A stretch of 64,000 nt of DNA, from the NCBI GenBank assembly GCA_004764695.1, contig SMSO01000033.1, forward strand, positions 1,550,001-1,614,000, written 5' to 3'. This DNA comes from Schizochytrium sp. TIO01. Lineage: Eukaryota; Protista; Bigyra: Labyrinthulomycetes. The position numbers were made by a program, and so were the translations under genes. Shown here one piece after another: positions 46,385 through 58,423 of this stretch (its first letter is position 1; every line of letters starts with the position of its first letter). The notes under the pieces are model-generated. The model was not told the DNA's origin. It saw only the letters and a list, made by a program, of their open reading frames with translations, and did no database searches.

Positions 46385-49300
46385 ATGGGCGATGCGCCGG
46401 CGGGTGGTGCTGACGGAGCTGATCTTGGCGAGGCCCACGTGGCAGGACGGCAAGATGAGCATGAGCTGCGAAAGGCACTCGCCCAGCGCGATCAGGCCCT
46501 GAACGAGATTAAGAGCAAAACGAAGGCGTATGTGCAGAAACTGAAAAGCGAACACGAGGAAAAGGAACAGTCGCTTAAGGCCAAAGCAAGAGCTGCCATC
46601 ACCAAGCTCCAGGAGGATGCAAAAGCTCTCGCTCAAGCCAAGGCCGACGCCGAGAGTAAGCTCAACGCACAGAACAAGGAGCTTGAAATGGCTCTTGAAA
46701 GAAACCGGGAGCTCGAAAAGACCGCAAATGAGTCTGAGAGAGATGCCGAGTCTGCAAATGCAGAGCAGAAATTGAATCTTGAGAAAATTAAAGAACTTGA
46801 GCAGGAACTTGAGACTGTTCGACAGAGTGTACAACAATATACTCCAGACGATAAAACAAACCAGGCGCAGCAAAACCAGCAGGAAATTGAAGAGGCGTTA
46901 GAGGAAGCTCACAAAGAGTTGACAGCGCTGCAAGAAGAAAAGATTGCTGCCCAGAGTCGGGTTCAGGTATTAGAAAAGGCGCTATCTGGCGCAGAAGAGG
47001 ACCGTGGGCATCTGAGAGTAGCGCTAGAAGAGGCTTTGAAGAAGTCCGAAGAATCTATCCAAGAGGCACAACGAAGGGAGGATAAGTACTACGAAGGAAC
47101 GAAATGATGCTTTGGATAAAGTTCAGGAACTAGAAACTATGCTTGAGACTTTGCGGCTGGAAGCAAGGGCTGCAGAACAAGCAGCGCGTGACTCTTCTCA
47201 AGCTGATACATTACAGGCTGCTCAGAGTAGTCATGTCGGTGATCTTCTAGGTCTTGATACTGATGAAAGCGCAGGGCAGCCTGACAGGGTAAGTGTTGAA
47301 GAGGTTGAGTGGAAAACTGTTTGTCAAGAACTTGAACAAGAAGTGCAAGAATTGCGTGAAAAGCTGAGTAAGATGGAGAAGACTGCAGGTTTTGAGCAGA
47401 AAGGCCTAGAGTCTCGACAAGATGACGAGAATAACCAGGATGAGGAATCTTTAAAAGAGCGGGTCAAAGAACTTGAGGAATCTGTGGATCAGCTGCAGGA
47501 GGAGATTGAAGGCGCAAAATCACAAGCAATAATGCGTGATACTCGGGTAGAGTCTCTACAAGTGGAGGTTACAGACCTTGAGGAGGCAGTGTCACGCCGA
47601 GAGGCAATGATCGATGAATTGAATTCAGCACTTTCTGCTGCTCAGGCTGCTCTTTTAGAACAGCAAGACAGCAACACAGAGAGTGACGAAGGGACTGCAT
47701 TAGAATTAGACGGGATGCGAGAGGTTATTCAACAGCTCGACAACACTCTGGCTGAATCTCGCAAAGAATCACGAGCTAGTGCCGCCGAAGCTACCGCCCT
47801 ACGTACTCGTATCACTGAACTTGAATCGGAACTCAAAATAACACAAAGTAGCAAAGAAGCGTCTTCACACTCTGTTGCTGAGGATTCGAATGAGGTCAAC
47901 TCAAGTGAGAAGCTTTCAACAAGTGAACAGGAGTTACAGTCTCGAGTTGATACATTAGAAGAAGATCTAGCAAAGTCTAAAGATCAAGAACAACGTGCAA
48001 AGAGCGAAGTTGACGCATTGCAGGAAAAGCTTCAACAGCTGGACAGCCTTACGCGTGAGATGGAGGACTTCAGATTGGCCTCTGAAGAATCGCATAAAAA
48101 GCTTTTGGATTTGGAATCCAAACTTTTACAAACACGCGAAGAAAAGGGTAAAGTAGAGGTGGAAGCTGCAGAATTGCGTGAAAAGATTGCCGAGCTAGAA
48201 GCTAATCTTCAAGCAACCGCTGGAAAATTATCAGATAGTATAGCTTCTCAGGAATCCCAAACCCGCACCGAAGAACTTGAAGCAAACTTAATGGCAGCGA
48301 AGTCTACTAATGATGACATGTCTGCCGAAATCAATGGACTTCTCACAGAAATAGAAAATTTGAAATCAGACTCGGCTCAGTTACAAGAAAAGCTCGACTC
48401 GTCTGAATCTGAGGCCAAGTACCTCCGCGAGAAAATAGAGGAACTTGAGTCCGATATCGAGGCTGGTACTGCTTCAAGCTCTCAACAATACTCCTTAATA
48501 GCGCAGCTGCAGACAAAGTTATCAAACCATGAGGCTGCTGAGAAATCCCTTCAGGAAAAATTAGAGGAAATCCAAAAAAGCCTCACTCTCGCGGAAGAAA
48601 CGAAGTTAAAGTTGGGGGCCGAGCTAGAAGAGTTCAAATCTAAGGCCAGCAAAGCTACCGCAGATCTTGCACAGACGCAGGCTGAAGCTGACGCAGCGCG
48701 TGATCGATTGCGGATGCGCGAAGAGGACTTTACACGCCAAGAAGAGTCTCGGGAGCGTGAAATGAAGAGCTTGAAGGATTTAATGCGCGAAAGTGACTCA
48801 GATCGAGATGAGCTACGCCAGGCGCTTGAAAAGGCTAATGCAACAGTAGCGCGCTTAGAAGAGGCTGAGATTTCGATGCAAGCCCGCCATCGTGATGAGA
48901 TTGAGCGGTTTGGGAAGGAGCAACGCGCAGCTGATGCGAAACATTTGCAAAGCTTGCAGACTGTTCAAGAGCGCCAGGCATTGGCTGTTGCGGCTCGTAT
49001 CGAGCAAGAATCGCTTGTTGAACGACTAAAAGATGAACTCAAACGTGAGCGCCAAGATGCAAATGAGATGAAACGAAAAGCAAAAGCGTACATGGATTCA
49101 CTAGTTAAAAAACACACAGAGGCTCTTGCAGCAGCCCGGAAGGATGCTGAAACAACGTCTGCCAATTCTCTTCAAGCCATGGAAGATGAAATAGCAAAGT
49201 TGAAAATGGAACTCGATACAACGAAAGAAAAGCTTGAAGAGATTACAACATCAAAGAGTGCACGCATCAAAGAGCTGGAGAGCTTGCTTGTAGAGACTGC

Positions 49301-50087
49301 GTCAGCTACTCAGAGAGAGGCTGAGGCTATCCGTCTCACCGAGCAAGAAATGCACTCGGCTGTAGAATCTAAGGAACAAGAAGCTCGTGAGCACAAGCGG
49401 CTTCGCCAACAGGCTAAAAAGGAGGCTCTCAGTCTTGCTAAGCAGCTTGAAGGTTTACAAGAAACCCTGATGATGCTTACTCAACGCGTGGATAGCGTGG
49501 TATTTCCACGCATGCGTGAAGTTTCTTCTTCAGCACGTAATATCGAGTGGCAGCTTGATGCTGCACTGTCTGCAAATGAAGCACAAGATTCACGAGGCCG
49601 TATCCAGAGTTTCGGAAATTCAGGGCGAATTAGTTCGTTTAGTCGGGAGTCGAGTGGGGAGGGACTAGATTCAATTATTGACGACGACGAAAATCGTAGC
49701 GTGGAAAACCAAGGAGAAGATCTTGGTGGCGAGAATTCGGAGGCTGAAGATGCAGATGTAAGTCGCCGAGCTAGTGTATCAAGTATTGGCGCCAAGAGCC
49801 GTCAAAAATCTGAATTTGAGCTTTCAGCACAGCGTGTAGATCGTCTTGCACACCAGCTATCTGTCCTTTTAGGAGCACTATCTCGAATTCAAGAGAAGTC
49901 TCGAGAATTATGCGATCTCGCGCTATTTGAAGAGACGGCATGGTCCATCATGGCCAAATCACTACGTCGCTCTGTGGAAGACTGCTTCTTGCGACGCACT
50001 ACCCCGGTTAACGCCCCCCAAGTAACCACAGCTCCGCGTCGAACATCTGGCACAGCTCGCTACGAGCTTGCCCCGGTTTCTGATTAG
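46385..50087 (+). CDS. Long coiled-coil (golgin-like) protein, split by a +1 frame break near 47085-47107 (about 1233 aa when joined)
   Basis: E/K/Q/L heptad composition continues across ORFs 46271-47107 and 47112-50087. The second ORF as called starts at TTG and its frame is open from 47040. ATG at 46385. Confidence 0.75.
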
Positions 50088-51373
50088 ATTGGTTTAGGTG
50101 GGTCTGGCTCAACAAAAACTCAACTGCATTGACAAGGATGTGACTATTGCCTACTGTATATGCGCAAGATCGAAGCAGCAATTTGTCGTAACAAGAACCC
50201 ATGATTATACATAAGTACTTGCAAAATCAGTGAGTTATATCCAACTTGCTAATTGATTGACTAAATATATATTCACTCATTCCTGTACGACTATTGCATC
50301 ATTAATACTATCAACAATTCTCACTATTGCCTTCTGATGTAGCCCGTCACCATTTCCCATACATAGTACATGTTATCACGCGCCATACTTATACAAGGCA
50401 GATCGCTAGATTCACCATTTATGTACCGCATGCGGGCACTTTGTTTCGTGGTGAGTCTCACGATCAAGAGCCTCACGCGAGGACACCGCTAATAGGGAGG
50501 TTGTGCACGAATAAAGTACTTCGTTTTGATACTGCTTCTCAACTACTCCATATTACTGTTATACTGGCTTCTGAAGAAGCAATACCATCTATGAAGCATT
50601 CATAGTGGCCACGCAAAGCTGAGAGGCGGTTTCAGCCCACTATGCTAACTCAATCGTTGTACCTAGTTGTGATCCTTGTCTATACAACAAACAGGTTAAC
50701 ATTGAGTACCCAACCTGAGGTGATTTTGCACTCTCAAAATAAGTTAAAACGTTTAGCTTGGGTAAAAACTCAAGCCTCATGGTGATTCTGAGACCTTTTC
50801 GTAGCCTTTGCAAACAGTAAGTACCTACCTGGGTAACATAAAGAGAAGGTATATGCAGTACTGGTGCTAGCAAATTTAAGGAGCGAGTCAAAAATTACCA
50901 GAAGGGTGCCACAACAAGTCAAGACCTAAGATGTGGGTGGGTATATCTTGCACCGGCAAGACGATACTATTTCCGCTGATTCTTCTTATTTTTTATTGTA
51001 TAGGAGGAAAATTGGCAGTATGTAGGTAGGCATTACCTACTAGTCACTAATCCAAACCTGGGGTACGTACCTATCTTCCTTCTGTACCGTACAAGCAGCG
51101 ACAGTATGCAAGGTAGGTATCTGATGATGATTATGGCCCAACTTGAGCATGGAAGGCAGCAAATCGATATTGAGGCAAAGGTTGCAAAGCGCGTAGGAGA
51201 CAGTCTCCGAGGTTGAGGCTACTGAAGCCAGTCGCCTGTATGAGCAAGGTCTGGGATTTACCCCTCTTGACTTGTTTCGTTCTCTCTTCAGTTTTCGGGA
51301 CCAGTTCTCTTCAAACCAAGATTATAAATTATATAGAGCTGACTCTGGGGTTTGAATAGCGAACACATTAAAC

Positions 51374-52675
51374 ATGGGGGTCTCATTCTTGGGCGCAGTG
51401 GACGTCTACATGCCGTGCACGGCACCAACATCTGCTTGCGAATCTGACGAGTTCTGGTTTGGTTCCCAAGGTGTTTGCAACACAACCAGTGGCATATGCG
51501 TATGCCCAGAGGGCTACTCCGGACACGATGACTGGCTACTTTTCAATGATTGCCGCGTAAATATTACAGCACAATGGTCCATGTGGATAGTTTGCACTGC
51601 CGTTGCGTGCATGACGTTTTGCATGTCCTCTTATGGATTCGGTTACTTGCTAAGTCACTGGAATATTGCAGAATCACAGCTCAGACGTCTCTCGAGCATG
51701 GGCAAGATACGGCGAAATAAGTCCGCATCAAGTCTCCAAGCTTCTCCACTTGCCAAAACTGCTTATAGCATGCGCCGCAGTACTTTGGAGGATTTGCCTT
51801 CTCCAAGCGAAATTCTTCGCCGAAGGCATCGTCGTCGTCAAATCCGAAAGCGGCAGCGCTGGACCTTTCTAAGCCTCTTACTCTTCCTTATTTGGTCTCT
51901 CGGTGCTATTATTTACTATTCTTCCTATCTAGCTGGCCACTACCATTATTCAAAGGTATGGTATCAGGATCTTGGTATGACTATGTCAGCTGGGTCAATT
52001 TTTTCTGGGCTTTGGGCTTTCTTCTATATTTGGTATCAGCAACTCCCTTCCTTGCGACTTTATGGGAAGCTATTTGACGTTGACTCCATTCTCATTCGAC
52101 GACCAAAATTTGTAGAATACACTATGTTTGCACGTTTAGTGGTGATTAATTTGAGCAACATAATGATTCTGTTGGTCTGGCCTTATGTAATTGATACATC
52201 TGTTGAGACGCGAACGCTGCTAGATTCTGTTTTCTTACTCTTTCTTGTGGTATACATTCTGGACTTTGGTGCTGTTTCATTAGTTTTAGCAAAAATTCTT
52301 TACAAGCTTTTCACAACACTTTGTGAGCTTAGTGAACTCGCAACAGAGCGTGGTATAACTACAGGAGTTGAACAGGCGACATTTCTGAAAGCGTTGCGCA
52401 CGATTGTTCTGATAAGGCGAGTCATTATGGTTGCTGCCCCATTGGCCGCTACAGTTCTACTTATAGCTTCATTGTTAGATACTATTCGTACACGAATGTA
52501 CCTAGCCCTGAATGTTGTCGTTTTAATTGGCAATATTGTTATTGCTTTTGCTGTTTTTGTCTTTATATATCGTTTAGCTGGAGAGAAACGTAGTGCGCCA
52601 TCGCCAATATCTCCTGACGTAGAGGTTGGATCTTCCTCTGCTGAAAATCCTGCTGTAAGCCACATAAATCTGTGA
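51374..52675 (+). CDS. EGF-like domain plus seven-transmembrane (GPCR-like) protein (433 aa)
   Basis: N-terminal C..C..GVCNTTSGICVCPEGYSG..C followed by seven hydrophobic segments. Confidence 0.75.
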   Translation: MGVSFLGAVDVYMPCTAPTSACESDEFWFGSQGVCNTTSGICVCPEGYSGHDDWLLFNDCRVNITAQWSMWIVCTAVACMTFCMSSYGFGYLLSHWNIAESQLRRLSSMGKIRRNKSASSLQASPLAKTAYSMRRSTLEDLPSPSEILRRRHRRRQIRKRQRWTFLSLLLFLIWSLGAIIYYSSYLAGHYHYSKVWYQDLGMTMSAGSIFSGLWAFFYIWYQQLPSLRLYGKLFDVDSILIRRPKFVEYTMFARLVVINLSNIMILLVWPYVIDTSVETRTLLDSVFLLFLVVYILDFGAVSLVLAKILYKLFTTLCELSELATERGITTGVEQATFLKALRTIVLIRRVIMVAAPLAATVLLIASLLDTIRTRMYLALNVVVLIGNIVIAFAVFVFIYRLAGEKRSAPSPISPDVEVGSSSAENPAVSHINL

Positions 52676-55600
52676 GTTATTCATTTTGAACTATTTTTAG
52701 TTTTAAGATAAAACAAATCAGAACAGATTGGGCTTCATTATCAATACCTCAAGACACAGATTTTGTTTTGTTCGCTTCAGTTCTTGAAGAGGTTGTTGAC
52801 ACAATATCTGTGTCTTCACAAATCTTACAAATGAAATAAATTGCTACTCGTTTTATACCAGACGGTAGAAGTACTCTGTTTGTTGGGCAAAAATTAGGTG
52901 ATATATGTGTTTTTGCTTTTAAACCATTTAGCAAGCTTGTCAAGGATCTAATTCAATGCACTCATGTCCTTGCTTTGAAAATTAAATATAAATTGTGGCT
53001 ATGGCATATTTTTTGTCTCTCGTGGATCGTCTGTTCTTTTTCTATTCTTTCCTTCCTTCGAAATATTAAAAACCACCCGACGGGAATCTATGCAAATTTA
53101 CCCCATGGTAGTTTATAATAACTAGCTGCGTAGGAAGACGCAGTACATAAATAAAGTAACCCTGGTTTTTCAAAGATCATAACCGAATTTTCTCATCTTA
53201 CATCCTTTTATGGGATGTGAGTTGTTCAGAAAGAGTAGGCCTGGTGCGTAACAACAAGCGTATAGCTATGAGGGTCATTGACAGTGCAGTTCTTGCCGAA
53301 GCGTCATTTCACTTCGTTTTCATCTAAATTGAGAATTATTGAAAGCAGTCTTGCGAGTGGCGCGTTTTTTTCAATTGTTTTCATTTTTTTCTTTAAAAGT
53401 TCCCCAATTTAAATAAATAATAAAAGGAAAAAGAAAAAGAACTCCCTAATCTAATTTTAAACATATATATAGAAAATGATTAGGTCAGACTAAGCAAAAT
53501 CGACATGCATCATGGAGTTCCATCGCTCTTTTCTTCGGGACGCGCCGGCCAGCGGCTAATATTCCTTGCAGACCTAGTGAAACAAAGCAATTCAATATAT
53601 CTTGAGACAGTCTGCAGTTTGATACCTTGAATTCGGGCGTAGTATTCTCGAGAGGAGCTCCATTTCACGAAAGGACTAAGAATCTCTTGCTTTCAGGACA
53701 CGATAACTCTAAAAAAGCTCGCGACAAATTGATTTTCCTCAACTTATCATAAGTGTACGGTCTCCGAGTCCATTGTAATTTAAAATCTAATAATACTACT
53801 ACTACTACTACTAATAGTAATAATTATTACTATAGGGCAATAATAAATTTTTAAAAAATACATCGCGAACAGAAACAGTAAGTCACTCTGCTCCACGTAC
53901 AGCACCATTGGGCTTTGATTAGTTTCAAGGATTGAAACTCAGGATGAACAAAAACATTTGAATATTCGATAGCATAGAGACAGAATATTTTATTGGATTG
54001 ATCCTGGTTCAATTTTTTTTTTCTTTAAAAACTAGCTATCGGTTATATTCGTTAGGATAGTTAAGTACGATCACCCAACCCAATATTCTTCTTGCGAGCC
54101 GATAGTCTACGCCTACACTTCCTGTACTCTGATACAAACTGGACTTATATTATTTGAAATTTTAAAACAATTTATAGACTCACTATACTATTACTATAGC
54201 TAAGAAGTTAACAATTTGATTAGTATTGTTTGTTAAATGCAATATTTTTTGTGGGCAGACAAAGTACGAGACGAAACTTTATGTCCAACAGAAGGGCAAA
54301 ACAAAAATGTCATATCAAGGGCTATTGCCAAACTCTTCATTAATTACACAGAGCTCATCCCTTACCCAGAACAAAATTCTCTAAATACAGAGGTAGTGCT
54401 AGATATAGTCTTATCTCGAACACATATGCTACTCTACTTTGACACATGCAGCTGTTTTTGCGATTGCAGATAATAATTATAGTTTAATATAATTGTTTTA
54501 TGTTGATCAATTTTATTAGCAATAATTGTACCTTTCTGGTAAAGAAGAAAAAAAGACTGCATATGGTCCCTTTCGGATGCCCTGGAGCCATTGAATTAAA
54601 AAGAAAATTAATGAAAGCTGTTGGCAGTTAAAATTGCCTCGACAACATTGAACACCTGCTCACTGCTATTCAATAGTTTAACTTTGTTTTGCATAATACT
54701 GTTTATTTGAGTTTTAAGATTGTACGTTAAAAGCTTTTAAAGTCAAACTTGAATGATGCTGAAGATCTGTACAACCGATCGAACCTGGCCAGTATAAGTA
54801 GGTACGATTCTTTTAAAGCAAAATGCCATCATGAATGTTTGGATTTGAATATCATTCTTTGTGTTGTCTACTACGATGAAAGTTGCATTGCTCCAAAGTC
54901 TTTCGCGCGGAGTCCAAGCTCCCCGAAGCTATCCGCGACGATCCGACACACAATTCTAGTGGGAAAACATGAGCAGCGCACTATGTCTTTTCTTTTATTT
55001 TCTTAAAAACAAATTGAAATTTTCTAAGAGGGCAAAGGAAAGCAAAAGAAAAACTAGGTAGAGATCGCTGCCCAGTGAAAACAGGTACTTAGCGCGGACT
55101 CGAGAGGAATAGAGCTTCAAAGTGGCACAGAAGGTTGAGACGAGGCATGATGAACTCTGATAGGTAGCATCTTAATCATACTTCAGCAGGCAGACTTGGC
55201 AATATGCAACCAACAGCAGGTGTATGATGTTTCAGGTCAACCTGCCTTCATATCTCAACCTTGAGGCTAAAACTGTAACAAGGGATTGTGCAGATGTGCT
55301 ATAGGGCCGATAATGAGTCACTGCCTGCACGCGACCACAAATAACAGTAGTCCTCAATTTTTATTTTTTTTTATTCGCCTGAAAGTTGATTCAGTACGCG
55401 CCGAAATAAGTATTTTTATTTTTATTATTATTTTATTTCAAGTTACCATAGTATGGCGTACATTGAAGCATAATGAAAATCAAGTACGTTTAAAATTTCG
55501 GCTATCAATAGAGGGCAAGCCAGTCATTTTCACTTTATTTAATTTCATCTCAATACATCTTCCCCTACACCTTTGTTTTCAATTGAAAGGAATTAACAAG

Positions 55601-55788
55601 GAAGACATAAAGAACACATACCCCGTGATTCGACGAGTGAAGGGAGGAGAGCTCATGATGACAAGGTATAACAAACCTAAATTAGACATCAGGCAGGCAC
55701 AAGAGCAAGTTTCCGCACATACGTGCCTGTGCTTGCTTTGTTATACCACTTGATCGCCATCTCAGCTAGGTGCCTGGATGTGCGCGTG

Positions 55789-58140
55789 ATGTTGAGACTT
55801 CACCGCTGCAAAGGGCAGCGCCGGCGACCCATAGCGCATAGACTTCTAATATATTTTGCCTTTACCCTGACTGTCTTAGTACACTCTGCGAAGGCCGCAA
55901 GCAAGCCAAATATTATCCTGTATTATACTGATGATCTCGGTATTGGCGAGGTAAATCAGCAAGCTCCGGAATGGGCTGTATACGATGATATTCCATATGA
56001 TTCAACAATAGAAACTGACAAGGTAATCCATACCCCATCCTTAGAACGACTAGCCAAAGAGGGCGTTCGTATGATGCATAGCTACTCAAGCTCTCCTCTT
56101 TGCGGACCGGCACGCTACGCTTTACTGACTGGCATTCCAACAGGCAGAAGCCCGGTACGGGGTAACAACCTTGTACCTACTACGGAATACCCATTATCTG
56201 AAGATCAGCCTAATCTTGCACGATTACTACAAAATCAAGGGTACAAAACAATGATGGTTGGAAAGTGGGGCCTTGGCTATCAAGGCACAACCGGAGCTCC
56301 CTGGTTACAAGGTATTGATTCATTTTATGGCTACCTTACTCATGCAGAAGCGCATAGAGTATTTCCTGCATACCTCTGGGAATCGAGTGGAACCTCGTAT
56401 TCGAAGGTCACCTTTTCAGATAACAGCAAAGCGAGTGATAATAAATGCGTTTGTACCATGAATACGACAGATTGTGCCCTGGATGAAAATACTGGTCTCT
56501 ATCAAAATAGCAACAAGTGCACAAATGCAAATATGCTGTTTCGCAATAAAGCGGTCACATATATTGAAGATCACCTGAGCAGCTCACCCGATGTCCCTTT
56601 CTTTCTGTATTATGCGTGTATTGCCCCTCACAATGGATATTTTAGTCCAACAACGCAGAGATATCGTGATTTGACTAGTCCTGTGAGTACCTATGGGCGT
56701 TACACCGACCTGTTAGAAAGTATGCCATCGGGGGAGGTTGGTCATATTGCGGCTCTGACCCACGAAATGGATGCAAGTGTTGGTGTCTTGCTTGATTTGC
56801 TCGAGGAACACAACATTCGGGATGATACTATTTTTATTTTCACATCTGACAATGGACCACACATTACATTGGCTGGAGACGACGACTATTCTACAGAGAC
56901 TTTTCGTTCAACAATGCTTTTGCGTGGATATAAACGTAAGATTCTTGAAGGTGGCGTTAGAGAGCCAACGATCATTAGTTGGCCAGGGAAACTAGACGCA
57001 GGAACAACGTCACACATTCCTCATGTACACTACGATTTTCTACTTACCATTGCTGGCCTCATAGGAATGGATTCATCGAGCTCAGAACTTGACGCGTTCC
57101 GTGATACTGGCGCAAAATCATTTCACGAAGAGCTTTTAGCGCAAGATGATGGCGAGGGTTTTCGAGATTGGATGTCTACTGAGATTTGTTCATCCAATAG
57201 AGTAAACGCCACGGAAGGTTGTGATTTTTCTTTCTTTGATCTTCGCGATGAGGACAAAATGCTAAAACTTGTCCGACAAGAATACACGTACTATCTTTAT
57301 GATATTTTCAAGGACCCTTATGAGTTGTCTGATTTGAGTAGCACTGAACCTGATACATATGCATCAACCATGGAATACTTCGAAAATGGACATTTCCGCA
57401 CGAACTATTGCATATATAGCGAAAGGGAATGCGAACTGCTCACGCCAGCCCCTACTAGCAGTCCAACAACGCCTATGCCAACTGAAACCCCAACCAAAGA
57501 CCCGACGAGTGCGCCAACAGAGAGACCTACTCCTATACCAACGGATCCACCAACACCAAACCCAACGAGGGCACCCACGGGTCGGCCTTCAAAAACCCCA
57601 ACAAAACAACCAACTTCCAAGCCAACACCAAAACCTATAGAGAGCGGAAATAAACCGGGAGATGCAGCGATTTCTGACCGTAACGATTTAGTTCAATACG
57701 CCTACTTAGAAAATGCAAAATGCTCAGCGTCTGTTGCAGGTACATCAACACAGGAAGACCCATCTGACTGTTTGAATGCTTGCTCAAAGTTGAAAAACTG
57801 TAGATGGTTCGATTTCGACACGTCAGATGGAACATGTAACCTTTACACAAGTAAATCCTGTTCTTCCTCGTACAAGACTAGTCAAGATACTGACTTATAC
57901 GAAATGGACACTGTCATGCAAACTTTCGAAAGCACTGGAAGCCGTTGCACGCGAAACTATAAACGAATCACGATCAAGCGTAAGTTGTCCCGTGAACGAT
58001 GTGCATATGCATGTGCTATGCACTCCAGGTGTAACAACTTTGACTACATAGACGCTTCATCAAGTCAATGTCTGTTGTTCCGTGCTTGCAAGTCCATTGC
58101 AGCTTCAGGCGTGGAGTCTTACACTATGCCAATCGCATAG
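55789..58140 (+). CDS. Secreted arylsulfatase (S1, formylglycine-dependent) + Pro/Thr linker + two PAN/apple-like domains
   Basis: KPNIILYYTDDLG, TPSLERLAKEG, LCGPARYALLTG (CxPxR), VGKWGLG, FTSDNG, LRGYKRKILEGGVREP, DPYE; C-terminal CLNAC..CRWFDF..CNL and CAYAC..CNNFDY..CLL. Confidence 0.92.
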   Translation: MLRLHRCKGQRRRPIAHRLLIYFAFTLTVLVHSAKAASKPNIILYYTDDLGIGEVNQQAPEWAVYDDIPYDSTIETDKVIHTPSLERLAKEGVRMMHSYSSSPLCGPARYALLTGIPTGRSPVRGNNLVPTTEYPLSEDQPNLARLLQNQGYKTMMVGKWGLGYQGTTGAPWLQGIDSFYGYLTHAEAHRVFPAYLWESSGTSYSKVTFSDNSKASDNKCVCTMNTTDCALDENTGLYQNSNKCTNANMLFRNKAVTYIEDHLSSSPDVPFFLYYACIAPHNGYFSPTTQRYRDLTSPVSTYGRYTDLLESMPSGEVGHIAALTHEMDASVGVLLDLLEEHNIRDDTIFIFTSDNGPHITLAGDDDYSTETFRSTMLLRGYKRKILEGGVREPTIISWPGKLDAGTTSHIPHVHYDFLLTIAGLIGMDSSSSELDAFRDTGAKSFHEELLAQDDGEGFRDWMSTEICSSNRVNATEGCDFSFFDLRDEDKMLKLVRQEYTYYLYDIFKDPYELSDLSSTEPDTYASTMEYFENGHFRTNYCIYSERECELLTPAPTSSPTTPMPTETPTKDPTSAPTERPTPIPTDPPTPNPTRAPTGRPSKTPTKQPTSKPTPKPIESGNKPGDAAISDRNDLVQYAYLENAKCSASVAGTSTQEDPSDCLNACSKLKNCRWFDFDTSDGTCNLYTSKSCSSSYKTSQDTDLYEMDTVMQTFESTGSRCTRNYKRITIKRKLSRERCAYACAMHSRCNNFDYIDASSSQCLLFRACKSIAASGVESYTMPIA

Positions 58141-58324
58141 AAGTACCATATCATTATGATATTGATCTAGAATCTTCCATCCTACTTTGACCAACATTCG
58201 GTAGGAGAGACAGCTTTCTCTTGTCGTACCTATTTCACTAGATCATGATAGCCATAATTGTAATTCAAAATCAAATGATCTAATGATAATAACTTTATGG
58301 AGAGCCGGGGTGAGCTGCTTGAAA

Positions 58325-58423
58325 CTTAGGGTCCCACTCAAGACGCTTGCGCGTAATCTCAGTCGGGGCGGTGTACTCGCTGCTTACGAATGGAGTCAGA
58401 AATGTAAAATGCGCAGCGGCCTC
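58325..58423 (-). pseudogene. Inverted remnant of a paralogue of the neighbouring SDR gene (C-terminal 33 codons)
   Basis: Translates EAAAHFTFLTPFVSSEYTAPTEITRKRLEWDPK, 26/33 identical to the SDR residues encoded at 60621-60719. Confidence 0.85.
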
